Assembly: GCA_037132275.1 (NCBI GenBank)
Contig: JBAXPK010000007.1
Coordinates: 518 to 64,517, forward strand
Direction: 5' to 3'
Source of the DNA: a bacterium
GTDB taxonomy: Bacteria > Verrucomicrobiota > Kiritimatiellia > CAIKKV01 > CAITUY01
DNA length: 64,000 nucleotides
Positions 27,401 to 36,309 of the stretch are shown piece by piece (within the stretch, counting starts at the first letter, position 1; every line of letters starts with the position of its first letter). The notes beneath the pieces are model-generated. The model saw nothing but the letters and a program-made list of their open reading frames with translations, made no database searches and had not been told where the DNA came from. Position numbers and translations under genes: made by a program.

Positions 27401-27614
27401 CGCCATTCCCGATGTGTACACCAAGAAGCTAGCAACGGTTAACCTGGGTCTGACACAGAAGCTTACCAAGACTGTAAGTTGCACCGTCGGTGCCCAGAAC
27501 CTTCTGGATCAGGAGATCCGGGAAGTTTACCGGCTGCCGGATGGCAAGGAGATCCCCAAACGAAGCTACCGCGAAGGGATTCGCTACACCTTCAGCATTT
27601 CAGGAACCTGGTAA
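24384..27614 (+). CDS. TonB-dependent receptor with N-terminal carboxypeptidase-regulatory-like domain
   Basis: Signal peptide. CarboxypepD_reg-like segment (GHFIVEGLPPGNYTITVSKPGYE). Plug (ATVRGMSDRYVGVALNGMRVPSSDP...GGGVNIRT). Long barrel ending YTFSISGTW. The start is uncertain (24342 or 24384). Confidence 0.8.
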   Translation: MSRNPKGWLLAVVLITGLAWALPTCGQIPFGGIRGSVSDAEFGGPAAQATIQVVELNKGQVTSEDGHFIVEGLPPGNYTITVSKPGYERHVQSAVIVVAGALTDLAIELKGEFTEMEELTVRDLELTDTASETGLLNLRRNTLSFQDSVSKDMMRRAGASDAAGALKLVVGASVVDGKYATVRGMSDRYVGVALNGMRVPSSDPKKRAVQLDIFPSGTIESMTVSKTFTADLPGDYSGGGVNIRTISIPEKPFMKASLSREVNGQFTGKDGFVTYDGSGCSQWGRDQGSRAMPTDLANMTRNPILTSSIIAGGSLPSSFSLHNQLVDADHPQDPVYAEYDRITRSLSPAMGVKFTKVPDGNYGYSLSGGSRKDVGGGWTAGGIGAFTYSDKFTVQDAAEQSYSRAEFGGVNLADNNQFRRQTGSQEVKDSMLASVGLAQGDEQAFGFTWLRTQAATDRASIRNDMTFPNTMPVDAQVDRVQGIQYTERSTDSKQYTWHRKFDPVEVELFGAHNVVRQYDPDTRRFKEQVSRSGPEEWNFIIPQPSSVMSVYNAARIWRDIEEDNTQEGINLNLPFKANDSDGRFKLGALKDMTQRSFTQSAFTYLGVSRFRQKPPADSSDADAQKWYTNDVKSADFKTTSSDPSALWTDTFTADNNIGAGPYQNEMRWYIIPQIGQNNVNYQASQDLPSGYWMLDYPLTSRLKALAGARLEVTDISIDPISAYEAIQPGSYSYSVLTLESGAYSFKPATRADVQTHMQEADWLRSMGLVYELAPKMNLRVNWSQTIARPTIRELAPVLSVDPIENENFVGNPNLKVSHVENDDVRWEWFRKPGEVWAVSWFYKKITDPIEKISFNYYGDPYVVAVNYPEGQVSGMEYEARKDLDFLPGPFGYLHVGANYTRMKSLVVLPDEYANRLKNYDLYPEERDPSDEYVSPFDQFAKGFVFSFFNMEDVGKSKGATRDMEGQPDFLFNFNLGYDIEKWGTSINWFYNIRGDMLKTGAAVADYAIPDVYTKKLATVNLGLTQKLTKTVSCTVGAQNLLDQEIREVYRLPDGKEIPKRSYREGIRYTFSISGTW

Positions 27615-27618
27615 TTCA

Positions 27619-28545
27619 ATGAAGAAGGACGGCATCAACAAAGGACTGAAGCAGAGCTGGGCATGGGCGCTGATCTCGGCGCTTTTTGTCATGCCTGTCG
27701 CGGACGCGGCGGAGCCCGGCCCCGGGGAGTCCGGAGTTGCCCAGCCACCTGTCTCCGCCATGGTTGCGTCGGCGCCGGGCTGGTGGGGTGCAATGGCCCG
27801 GCAACCATGGGCGAAGCGATTGGCCCGCATGTGGACCGGCGAGGAGCCGGATGATGCCAGCAGTGCGGTGATGGGTGGGCGCATGGGTGCTTTCCTGGAT
27901 GTGGTTGAACAGGGCAACTTGTTTCACATTTTCCGGAAAGGAGGGCCGATCATGTGGCCCCTGTTTTGCGCCGCGCTTTTGTCCTTGGGCACCGTTTTGG
28001 AACGGGCCGGTTTTTTCACCTTGGAGCGTTTTCGCAGGAATGCCGCCGAGCAACGGAAATTCATGGCGGCGCTCAGGGATGGGAGCATCGAGCAGGCGGC
28101 CGCGATTAGTGCTGGCAGTCGCTTCTATGTAGTGCGTGTGCTCGGTTACGCAGTGTCCCATTCAGGATCCGCCTTGGAAGGGGCGATACAATATGCCAAG
28201 GAACGTGAACTGCACCGGTATCGCCGGGGCATCCCCATGCTGGATACGGTGATCACCCTGGCGCCGCTGCTCGGTTTGCTGGGCACGGTGACGGGTATGA
28301 TGGCGTCATTTTCACTGATCGGTGGCGAACTGGGCGCCCCGGGGGCGATCACGGGCGGGATTGCCGAGGCCCTGATTGCCACCGCGTTCGGACTGGGTAT
28401 TGCGATTACCAGCTTGATTCCCTTCAATTTGATGAATCAGAAACTGGAGACCGCAACCCAGGAGATTGATGAAGCCGCCAGTGCGATGATGATCCTGCTC
28501 GCGGGGCGGATGGGGTTCCCTCATGGGCAAGGAGGCGTCGCATGA
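27619..28545 (+). CDS. exbB: MotA/TolQ/ExbB proton-channel protein with N-terminal extension
   Basis: ATG 27619 lies 5 nt after the receptor stop. Signal/TM region followed by the ExbB core (MLDTVITLAPLLGLLGTVTGMM...ITGGIAEALIATAFGLGIAI). Confidence 0.8.
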   Translation: MKKDGINKGLKQSWAWALISALFVMPVADAAEPGPGESGVAQPPVSAMVASAPGWWGAMARQPWAKRLARMWTGEEPDDASSAVMGGRMGAFLDVVEQGNLFHIFRKGGPIMWPLFCAALLSLGTVLERAGFFTLERFRRNAAEQRKFMAALRDGSIEQAAAISAGSRFYVVRVLGYAVSHSGSALEGAIQYAKERELHRYRRGIPMLDTVITLAPLLGLLGTVTGMMASFSLIGGELGAPGAITGGIAEALIATAFGLGIAITSLIPFNLMNQKLETATQEIDEAASAMMILLAGRMGFPHGQGGVA

Positions 28546-29246
28546 TCGGGCGCGTGTTGGGATTCATCTTCGGTATCTCGATTCTTGCAGGTGTGTTGCT
28601 GTTCGGGGGCCTGCTCATGCCCCAGGGCAAAAAGAACGCCCACATTAAAAACGTCGAACTGCTTTCAGGGGACATGCAAAAGGAAGAAAAGAAGGTGGAG
28701 CAGCCTCCGCCTGAAAAACCGCCGGAGGAACTGCAGGCTCAAAAGGATCAGCCGCCGGAGATCAGCGAGGTTACGGCCGCTCCCCAGATGTCCGATAATA
28801 CCCCGGCACTGGACGCCGCAAGCCTGAGTTCCATCATGTCGGCGCTGAATCCCGGGAGCGGAGGCGGCGAATTCGGGTCGTCCGTTAACCTAGCCTCAGG
28901 CGGCCGCATCGGGGGAACCGGTAAGGCTGGCAGCCAGGCAAGCGAGGGCCTGGACAAGGCTTTCGGTATGGACGATATCGATCAGAAGCCACGGGTCATT
29001 GTCCAGACGCCCCCAGCGTATCCGGCCGAGTTGCGGGGCAAGAAAATGGGAGGCGTTGTGCAGGTTGCCTTTGTCGTGACGACGACAGGTCAGGTCTTCA
29101 ATCCGCGTGTGGAGACTGCCTCCCATCCGGCCTTCGGGGCGCCGGCTCTAGCTGCCGTGCGACAGTGGAGGTTCGAGCCCGCCGTCAGGGGCGGGACCAG
29201 AGTGAAATGCCGGATGCGGGTTCCGATCAAATTTCAGGCGGGGTAG
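28542..29246 (+). CDS. tonB: Energy transducer TonB
   Basis: N-terminal TM, Pro/Glu/Lys-rich spacer (EQPPPEKPPEELQAQKDQPPE), and a C-terminal TonB domain (PPAYPAELRGKKMGGVVQVAFVV...RFEPA). Confidence 0.8.
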   Translation: MIGRVLGFIFGISILAGVLLFGGLLMPQGKKNAHIKNVELLSGDMQKEEKKVEQPPPEKPPEELQAQKDQPPEISEVTAAPQMSDNTPALDAASLSSIMSALNPGSGGGEFGSSVNLASGGRIGGTGKAGSQASEGLDKAFGMDDIDQKPRVIVQTPPAYPAELRGKKMGGVVQVAFVVTTTGQVFNPRVETASHPAFGAPALAAVRQWRFEPAVRGGTRVKCRMRVPIKFQAG

Positions 29247-29249
29247 TTC

Positions 29250-30656
29250 ATGAAGACCATCAAACACTATTACTGGCTTGGCTTGGCTGTTGCCCTGTGG
29301 GGCGCGGCTACGCTTTCCGTTCAGGGAGTTCCGTCAACGGCAACGAATGCGGCGCCCCCCTCCGCGGCGATCGCGGCCTTGTGGAAGGATCCCGTGTTCC
29401 AGAAACAATTCGTCGGGAGCTACGGGATCTCGGCGGAACTCGAGCCCCGGGTGACGCCGGAGGAAGTGGCGCTTCTGGAGCGTCTCCGCCCATTGATGGG
29501 GACGAATCTTCGCGCGGCGGCCAAGTTGTTGGAGAGTGAAATCAAGCCAAATTCCTCGGCGATGCTGGATTTCAACCTGGGCAGTATCTATTTCCAGCAG
29601 GACCAGATGGACAAGGCGGCGCGGCGCTATCGCCGCGCCGTGGAGAAATTCCCCTCCTTCCGCCGGGCGTACCGCAATTTGGGCATGATCCAGGTGCGTG
29701 ACGGGAAATACGACGAGGCCATTGCGAGCTTCACCCGGATGATTGAATTGGGCGGTGGCGACGCCTATTCCTATGGTCTTCTGGCATTCGCGTATGCGGC
29801 GAAGGATGACTATCTGGCGGCCGAAGCGGCGTATCGCAATGCCTTGCTGCTCCAGCCCGACAACACGGAATGGCGACTGGGGCTGACCCGGTGTGTATTC
29901 AAGCAGCAGAAATTCGAGGATGCCGTCTCGCTTCTCGACGTGCTGATCCAGCACTATCCGGAGAAGCCGGAATTCTGGCTCCTGCAGGCCAATGCGTATC
30001 TTGGTCTGAAACGGCCGTTGAAGGCGGCGGTCAATCTGGAATGTCTGGATCGCATGCAGAAAGCCTCGCCCGAAAACATGGTTCTGCTGGGGGACTTGTA
30101 TCTGGGCGAGGATTTGGCGGATCTGGCAGCACAAGCCTACGGGTTGGGCCTGTCGGGGGAGCCCGCCTTACCTACGGCCCGTGTAATCCGGTGCGCCCAA
30201 CAACTGGCAGCCAAGGGCGCCTTCGGGCAGGCGAGGTTCGTCGCCGCCCGTCTTCGTGCCCTGCGCGAGAAATCGCTGGAGCCCGCAGACCGTGCACAAT
30301 TGGCCAAACTCGATGCGCGCATTGCCTTGGCGCGTGGGGATGAGGGGCCCGAGTTGGTGCGGGCGCTGGAGGAGACCCTCAAGTTGAACCCTCTGGATGG
30401 CGACGCCCTGATGCTGATGGCCCAATATTTTTCACGCAAGAATGAATCGGAACGAGCCGTCCTGAACTATGAACGTGCGGCCGAAATCCCGGAGTTTGAG
30501 GTGCAGGCCCGGACGCGGCATGCGCAGTTGCTGGTCGGCCTGGGTCGGTTTAACGATGCGCTGCCTCTGCTCCGGCGGGTACAGGAAGTGAAACCGCGCG
30601 AGGAGATTGCCCGTTACCTCGAGCAAATCGAACGTATTGCAAGGAGTAAACGATGA
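29250..30656 (+). CDS. Periplasmic TPR-repeat protein (TtpD-like position)
   Basis: Signal peptide followed by multiple TPR-like units (AYRNLGMIQVRDGKYDEAIASFTRMIELGG, AEAAYRNALLLQPDN). Confidence 0.65.
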   Translation: MKTIKHYYWLGLAVALWGAATLSVQGVPSTATNAAPPSAAIAALWKDPVFQKQFVGSYGISAELEPRVTPEEVALLERLRPLMGTNLRAAAKLLESEIKPNSSAMLDFNLGSIYFQQDQMDKAARRYRRAVEKFPSFRRAYRNLGMIQVRDGKYDEAIASFTRMIELGGGDAYSYGLLAFAYAAKDDYLAAEAAYRNALLLQPDNTEWRLGLTRCVFKQQKFEDAVSLLDVLIQHYPEKPEFWLLQANAYLGLKRPLKAAVNLECLDRMQKASPENMVLLGDLYLGEDLADLAAQAYGLGLSGEPALPTARVIRCAQQLAAKGAFGQARFVAARLRALREKSLEPADRAQLAKLDARIALARGDEGPELVRALEETLKLNPLDGDALMLMAQYFSRKNESERAVLNYERAAEIPEFEVQARTRHAQLLVGLGRFNDALPLLRRVQEVKPREEIARYLEQIERIARSKR

Positions 30657-31441
30657 CGTCAAAGAGAGCTTTGATTATGGCGGCTTTATGCGGCTCTGCC
30701 CTTTGGGCGGCGGCTGGCGCACCGCCGGGTGCGGGGGCGCCGCCCGAGGGTCCGGCCTTGGCGGAGACTAGGCTGGTTCTTGATAAGTGGATCGAGACGC
30801 AGCAGGTTATCGCCCGGGAGCGCAAGGACTGGCAGCAGGGCAAGGATATGCTGGAGTCACGCCTGGAACTGGCGCGCAAGGAGGCCGCGACCATTGACGA
30901 GAAACTCAAGCAGGTCGAGGCGGCCTCGGCGGTGGCAGCCAAACAGCGGGCGGCCATCCAGGAGGACATCACAAGACTCAAACACTCCTCTGAACGTCTG
31001 TCCTCCGCCGCTTACCGTTTGGAAGCCAACATCAGGTTGTCGTTCCCGATGCTGCCCGATCCCGTGCAGACCAAACTCAAGCCGCTGTATGACCGCATCC
31101 CGCTCCATGGCGCCACGACCAAGGTGACCGCAGCCGAGCGGTTCCAGAACGTGTTGGGCATCCTGAGCGAGGCGATGAAGGCCAACAACGAAATCCCCGT
31201 GGTGTTTGAGGTTCGTACCCTTGCGAACGGGAAACCGGCCGAAGTCCGAGTGCTCTATGTGGGGCTGGGTCAGGCCTACTATCTGAGCACGGCAGGGGAG
31301 GCCGGTATCGGCCGGCCCTCCACCAACGGTTGGGTTTGGGAAGCCTCCGACGGAATTGCGCGGGAAGTGCTCAAGGCAATTGAAATACAGGAAGGCAAGC
31401 GCCCGCCCGCCTTCGTTTCCCTGCCGGTGGTGCTTAAATGA
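30653..31441 (+). CDS. DUF3450-like periplasmic coiled-coil protein (TtpB-like)
   Basis: Signal peptide and a long heptad-like region (WIETQQVIARERKDWQQGKDMLESRLELARKEAATIDEKLKQVE). Sits directly upstream of a large MotA/ExbB paralogue, as in TonB2-type clusters. Confidence 0.5.
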   Translation: MTSKRALIMAALCGSALWAAAGAPPGAGAPPEGPALAETRLVLDKWIETQQVIARERKDWQQGKDMLESRLELARKEAATIDEKLKQVEAASAVAAKQRAAIQEDITRLKHSSERLSSAAYRLEANIRLSFPMLPDPVQTKLKPLYDRIPLHGATTKVTAAERFQNVLGILSEAMKANNEIPVVFEVRTLANGKPAEVRVLYVGLGQAYYLSTAGEAGIGRPSTNGWVWEASDGIAREVLKAIEIQEGKRPPAFVSLPVVLK

Positions 31442-32868
31442 AAATGATCTTCACAGGAATGATACTACTGGCTTGGACGCTGACGGCGGCGGAGCCCGCT
31501 CCCGGTCCGACGGCCTCTCCGGCCTTGAAAGGGCTGGCCCAGTCGGCCCAGGCGGAATTGGAGCGCGCCACCCGCGAACTCAACGAGTTGAGGGACGAGA
31601 TCGCGACGGCGAAAGTCCCCCTGGCCGAAGAGCTGGCGAAATGGGAGGACAACCTCGTGCAGGGCCGACGCAAACTGGATCAGGCCCAAAAGATGGCTGA
31701 TTCGGGAACTATGGAAATGGTCGCGCTCAAGGCGGAGCAGAAGTCACGTGAGGACGAGTTGGCATACATCGCCAATTTGCTGGACGAGTATGCCCGAACC
31801 TGCGAGACCAAGGCTTCAATTACCGAACTGCAGGTGCTGGCCTCGGCCTTGGAGGCCGCAAAACAGGCTCCCAACAATCCGACCCTTTCTTCAGACGACC
31901 GGTTTGACCGCCAGGTGGCCGTGGCCGATTTGACCTGTACCCGGCTGGCCGAGGCGATTGGCGGAGCGCGTTTTGGCGGCACTGCGGTGGGTCCGGACGG
32001 GACGGTTGAGGAGGGGCAGTTCCTTACGGTTGGCCCGGCGGCGATGTTTGGTTCGACAAACGGTTCATTGGCCGGGGTTGTGCTCCCGCAACCGGGCTCC
32101 TCAAAGCCCATGGTCCGCCCTTTGGAAGGTGAGCTGCAGACCGGTCTGGCTGGACTCATCGCTACCGGCAAGGGTGCTCTGCCGGTGGATCCGTCGCGCG
32201 GCGGCGCCTTGAAGGCGCTGGTCCATAAATTCGACATTGTAGAGGTTTTTAAAAAAGGGGGCCCGATCATGTGGCCGCTGTTGGTGGCGGCCGCCCTGTC
32301 ACTCCTGACTGTCGTTGAGCGCCTCATCTTTTTGACGCTCGAGCAAAGCCGCCGCAATCCGCAGGCCGTCCAGCGGTTTCTTGAGGCCGTGACCGACGGC
32401 GACTTCGAACGGGCGCTCGCCGTCGGGGGGAAATCGCGTTTCTTTGTGCTGAGGGCGCTGGCCTATGCGCTCGAACACCGCGAGAAGTCCATTTCGAATG
32501 CGCTGCTGTTCTCCCAATCACGTGAAATGCGGCGCTACCGCCGCGGGATTCCCGTTCTGGACACGGTCATCACGCTCGCTCCGCTGCTGGGCTTGCTGGG
32601 CACGGTGACGGGCATGATGGGATCCTTTGCCCTGATCGGCGGCGAGCTCAGCGCCCCCGGGGCGATCACGGGAGGTATCGCCGAGGCGTTGATCGCGACC
32701 GCGTTCGGCCTTGGCATCGCCATCACGAGTCTCATCCCTTTTAACATGTTGAATGCGCGCATGGAAGAAGCCCGGCAGGAAATGGAGGCGGCGGCCATCC
32801 AGCTGGAATTGCTCGTGAACCGCCCGGCAGGCCCGTTGGAGGCCATGGGCCAACATCAGACTAATTAA
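31438..32868 (+). CDS. Large MotA/TolQ/ExbB-family protein with long N-terminal periplasmic coiled coil (TtpC-like)
   Basis: 476 aa. The C-terminal 210 aa are a close paralogue of the ExbB at 27619 (VLDTVITLAPLLGLLGTVTGMM...ITGGIAEALIATAFGLGIAITSLIPFN). Confidence 0.7.
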   Translation: MKMIFTGMILLAWTLTAAEPAPGPTASPALKGLAQSAQAELERATRELNELRDEIATAKVPLAEELAKWEDNLVQGRRKLDQAQKMADSGTMEMVALKAEQKSREDELAYIANLLDEYARTCETKASITELQVLASALEAAKQAPNNPTLSSDDRFDRQVAVADLTCTRLAEAIGGARFGGTAVGPDGTVEEGQFLTVGPAAMFGSTNGSLAGVVLPQPGSSKPMVRPLEGELQTGLAGLIATGKGALPVDPSRGGALKALVHKFDIVEVFKKGGPIMWPLLVAAALSLLTVVERLIFLTLEQSRRNPQAVQRFLEAVTDGDFERALAVGGKSRFFVLRALAYALEHREKSISNALLFSQSREMRRYRRGIPVLDTVITLAPLLGLLGTVTGMMGSFALIGGELSAPGAITGGIAEALIATAFGLGIAITSLIPFNMLNARMEEARQEMEAAAIQLELLVNRPAGPLEAMGQHQTN

Positions 32869-32881
32869 GGAGAATGAATCG

Positions 32882-33304
32882 ATGCATGGCGGTGGAGGCG
32901 GTGGACCAGGGAAAAAGGCACGGATCGAGATCATCCCGCTGATCGACATCATATTCTTTTTGCTGGCCACCTTTATCATGGTCTCGCTGTCCATGACCCA
33001 GAATCAGGGCGTTTCGGTGGCGTTGCCGAGCGCGGCTTCGGCGGCCTCGTTGGGCGACCAGCAGGAAATGCAAAAGTCAGTCACCCTGAGTGTCACGGAA
33101 AAAGGCGAGGTGTTCTACAACAAGGAAAAGATTTCGATCGCGCAGTTGCCGATGCGGCTGCAGAACTACAAGACCACCAGCAAAGACCCCAAGGTGATTG
33201 TCAACGCCGATGCGGGGGCGAATTTCAAAAATGTGGTGGCAGTTCTGGATGAAGCCCGAAAGTGCGGGATCGCCAAAGTGGGGATAAACACGGACAAAAA
33301 ATAG
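32882..33304 (+). CDS. exbD: Biopolymer transporter ExbD
   Basis: 140 aa. IEIIPLIDIIFFLLATFIMVS TM followed by a periplasmic domain (VIVNADAGANFKNVVAVLDEARKCGI). Confidence 0.8.
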   Translation: MHGGGGGGPGKKARIEIIPLIDIIFFLLATFIMVSLSMTQNQGVSVALPSAASAASLGDQQEMQKSVTLSVTEKGEVFYNKEKISIAQLPMRLQNYKTTSKDPKVIVNADAGANFKNVVAVLDEARKCGIAKVGINTDKK

Positions 33305-33373
33305 CAATCAAGGATGAAAAGGAGAACACGGATGAAAAAGGCAGGAAACAGAGAAGTTAAAACAGGAGGAGCA

Positions 33374-34282
33374 ATGAATAAGATTATCTGGATGACCATG
33401 ATAGTGGCCGGTGGAGTCAGTCTCTGCCCGGCACAGGAGAAGACAAAACTGGATGCAGGCGGTGACTCCATGATTGCCGAGGCGTCGCAGGAGGCGGCGA
33501 CCCCCTGGCGCGTGTCGGGCGGGCTGTTGTACAAGAACTGGCTTTACGAGCATGATGCCCTGCAACAGCGGGGACCCACCACGGCCAAGGGGGGGGAGGA
33601 CTGGGAAAATGGAAGCACCTCCGGGAACGGGTCGGGATTGCAGTTGAAAATGGGACGCGGGGATGGGGTCTTGGACGTGTCCTTTGTCAAGTCCGACCTC
33701 AGGTACGAGTTCAGTAAGCCCAAGTACAAGCAGACTATCGATACCGTGTCGCGTGATTTTGAAGTGACGTGGTCACAAATCACCGGCCGCAACAACCAGG
33801 CCGAGTACGGGACGGTCATGGGGTTCCGTTATCTAGGGATGCAAAAGAACGACACCGCCGTGGAAAACGGAGTGTCCGGGGAGATGAGTAATGGCAATGT
33901 GAACTGGATGATGCTGGAGGGTGGATACACCGGCAACTGGCGGCCTTTTGATACGCCGACATTCCAGGCGCACGGTTCGATCCTGTTCTTCCTGGGCGAG
34001 GCGTCGGGAACCGCCCGCAGCGGCATGGACACGAATGTGACTGATGGCGTCTTTTCAGAAACCTATAGCGACCAGTACTCCCTGGCCTACGGCGGTCGCG
34101 CCTCGTTTGGCGTGGATGTTTCCATTACCAAGAGGGTCTGGGTGTCAATCGACTACATGCGCGAGTGGTTGTATTCGTTCGACGCCACGGACACCGGGAT
34201 CGTGGTTTTCCCGGATAACAGTGATGCGCTGTTCATTGAGAATCATCATGCGGTTATGGCAAGCCTGAACTACGTGTTCTAG
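33374..34282 (+). CDS. Outer-membrane beta-barrel protein
   Basis: AGGAGGA RBS and signal peptide (MNKIIWMTMIVAGGVSLCPAQ). Alternating beta-strand pattern with the terminal motif MASLNYVF (aromatic C-terminus). Confidence 0.55.
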   Translation: MNKIIWMTMIVAGGVSLCPAQEKTKLDAGGDSMIAEASQEAATPWRVSGGLLYKNWLYEHDALQQRGPTTAKGGEDWENGSTSGNGSGLQLKMGRGDGVLDVSFVKSDLRYEFSKPKYKQTIDTVSRDFEVTWSQITGRNNQAEYGTVMGFRYLGMQKNDTAVENGVSGEMSNGNVNWMMLEGGYTGNWRPFDTPTFQAHGSILFFLGEASGTARSGMDTNVTDGVFSETYSDQYSLAYGGRASFGVDVSITKRVWVSIDYMREWLYSFDATDTGIVVFPDNSDALFIENHHAVMASLNYVF

Positions 34283-34313
34283 TGTGCCCTGGGGCAAACA
34301 CGGGAGATATATT

Positions 34314-34949
34314 ATGCATACAGGCGCCTCAAGGTGGCGGCAGGGAATGGCTGCGGTCTGCTTGACCGGCCTCATGGCCGGTTGTGCTACAACGGGAACC
34401 ACCGTCGTCTCGAAAACCGAGGGAGGGCGTGTTGCGGAGGGGCAACGCCTCCTTGTGGTATCGCAACTGGCCTCGCTGGACGAAGCCTGGGCCGGGGCTT
34501 TCGCGAAGGCTATCGTTTCCGAACTCAGGAAGGTCGGCTCGCCAGCCCAGATTCAAAGTCGATCCCCCCTGGCACTGCAGAGCGACAAGGTCCGGTATGC
34601 GGATCAGATTGCGGAGTTCAAGCCGGATCTGGTTCTGGTCATCGAACCCGGCGATGGAATGGTTGACGCCCGGGGGAGAAGTTTCAAGCGAACGTTTGAG
34701 GCTGGAGTATTCCGGAATTATGCCGAACGGGGCCGTCGTGATTTGTCCTGGCGAGGCAAGATCGTGCTTGAGCCGGCGGGGGCGTTTGTCACGGCCGATG
34801 ACATGCCCGCCTTGGCCCGGGATTTGGTGGCCAGGATGATGGCTGACGGAGTGCTTCCGAAACCGAGACGAATCGTTATTATTTCGACCCCGGTGACTTC
34901 AAAGGCGACTGCCGTGCGCCCTGAATCCACGAGAGGCTTTGGTCGTTAA
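34314..34949 (+). CDS. Hypothetical lipoprotein
   Basis: Lipobox LTGLMAGC. No family recognised. Confidence 0.45.
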   Translation: MHTGASRWRQGMAAVCLTGLMAGCATTGTTVVSKTEGGRVAEGQRLLVVSQLASLDEAWAGAFAKAIVSELRKVGSPAQIQSRSPLALQSDKVRYADQIAEFKPDLVLVIEPGDGMVDARGRSFKRTFEAGVFRNYAERGRRDLSWRGKIVLEPAGAFVTADDMPALARDLVARMMADGVLPKPRRIVIISTPVTSKATAVRPESTRGFGR

Positions 34950-35121
34950 GCTGATTCAGAAGTAACACCCTGCTAATTGTTTTCAAATCCAGCATTCGTT
35001 TACTCTGTCCGCAGTGAGTCATGGAGCGCGGATCAGGGATGATGCGCGTGGCGTAATGGGTTGTGATGAGGCGTCCGGCGTTGCGTTGCGGGCGCGTGGA
35101 AATTATGGAGGATTGAACGAA

Positions 35122-36300
35122 GTGAACAATCGTGACCGAATACATCAACATCGCCTATCCACCGCCGTCGTGTGTGTCGGCCTTGCCATGGGATTGACGT
35201 TTTGCTCTTCCTGCAGCACTCCACCAGCGGCGGACGATGGGATTGTAGGTATTATCTACAACGCAGCGGTTCGTCCCGACACCGGACATATGGTCGGGAA
35301 ACCCATGGTGACGCAACCGACTCCGGCAGTTGCCGTGCAGGGTACGGTCACCCCGGATTCTCCGGTGACGACCAGTTCCCCGGCAAGCGGGTCCTCGACG
35401 AATAGCTCGCTCGAAGGACAATATTGCTACCGAATATCCCCCGGGGATGTGCTTGCCATTTCCTATTTTGCGCACCCCTTGATCGACCTGAAAGAATACC
35501 TGATCGACAGCCAGGACGTCCTGACGATTACGGTGGCCGGGCAGGATGCCCGCACGGCGGATGTGGTGGTGCGGCCCGACGGAAATATTTCCTTCTATCT
35601 GATCGGCGACGTATCCGCGCGGGGCCTGTCTGTGTCCCAGGTGCGTGAAGAGATCACCAAGCGGATGGCCAAGTTCATGCCGGCGGCTGAAGTCACGGTT
35701 ATGCTCAAGGTGGCCAATGCCCTTACCAGTGAATTTCTCAACACGCTCAGGAGTAATACAGACTTGGGCGCGACGCGCATTATACAGGTTCGGTCGGATG
35801 GCACGGTGACCTTTCCGTTGGTCGGAGAAGTCCGCGCCATGGGGAAAACCCTCCCCGAACTATCTCGAGAGGTTGAAAAGAAGTACGACCTGTTGTTCAG
35901 GCGAGGCATTTCGGTGAGCCTGAACCTGAATTCCAGTTCGGTCGGGAACATCGCCGTCCTGGGAGAGGTGCAGAATCCAGGACGTTACACGATCAGCAGC
36001 CCGGTCAGCCCGTTCTTCGCCTTGGCCATGGCGGGTGGCGCCAAGGAAACCGGCAGGAAATCGCAGGTCGTGGTTGTGAGCCGCCGTCCGGATGGCAAGG
36101 TGGGTTGGACGGTGGTCAATCTTGATATTGACTCCGGCCAGCCGCTCGGCCCGGAAATCGCCCTCGCTCCCCAGGACATGCTGTTGGTGCCCAAGACCGG
36201 GGTATACAGCCTGAATCTATTTGTGGAACAGTATATTCGCAGGATGATGCCAGTGAACACAAGCATGGGCTTCGGCTACAATCTAAACCATGTATTCTAG
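35122..36300 (+). CDS. wza: Polysaccharide export protein (Wza/Poly_export plus SLBB)
   Basis: YRISPGDVLAISYF and VRPDGNISFYLIGDVSARGLSVSQVREEI are Poly_export motifs. A second SLBB-like repeat is present (GEVQNPGRYTI). GTG 35122 has GGAGGA 9 nt upstream. A Cys-containing lipobox-like segment is present (LTFCSSC). Confidence 0.7.
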   Translation: MNNRDRIHQHRLSTAVVCVGLAMGLTFCSSCSTPPAADDGIVGIIYNAAVRPDTGHMVGKPMVTQPTPAVAVQGTVTPDSPVTTSSPASGSSTNSSLEGQYCYRISPGDVLAISYFAHPLIDLKEYLIDSQDVLTITVAGQDARTADVVVRPDGNISFYLIGDVSARGLSVSQVREEITKRMAKFMPAAEVTVMLKVANALTSEFLNTLRSNTDLGATRIIQVRSDGTVTFPLVGEVRAMGKTLPELSREVEKKYDLLFRRGISVSLNLNSSSVGNIAVLGEVQNPGRYTISSPVSPFFALAMAGGAKETGRKSQVVVVSRRPDGKVGWTVVNLDIDSGQPLGPEIALAPQDMLLVPKTGVYSLNLFVEQYIRRMMPVNTSMGFGYNLNHVF

Positions 36301-36309
36301 GAGAATCTC

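Noticed and set aside
34951-34993. Three 11-bp-phased CTRAY motifs (CTGAT 34951, GTAAC 34962, CTAAT 34973) upstream of wza. A comparable CTGAC-N17-CTGAC pair lies at 42403/42425 upstream of the hybrid kinase.
   Set aside because: Neither has a TATAAT-like hexamer at the +15 offset seen in the other copies (TCCAGC and CAGGCT instead). I did not call them promoters, though they may be degenerate relatives.
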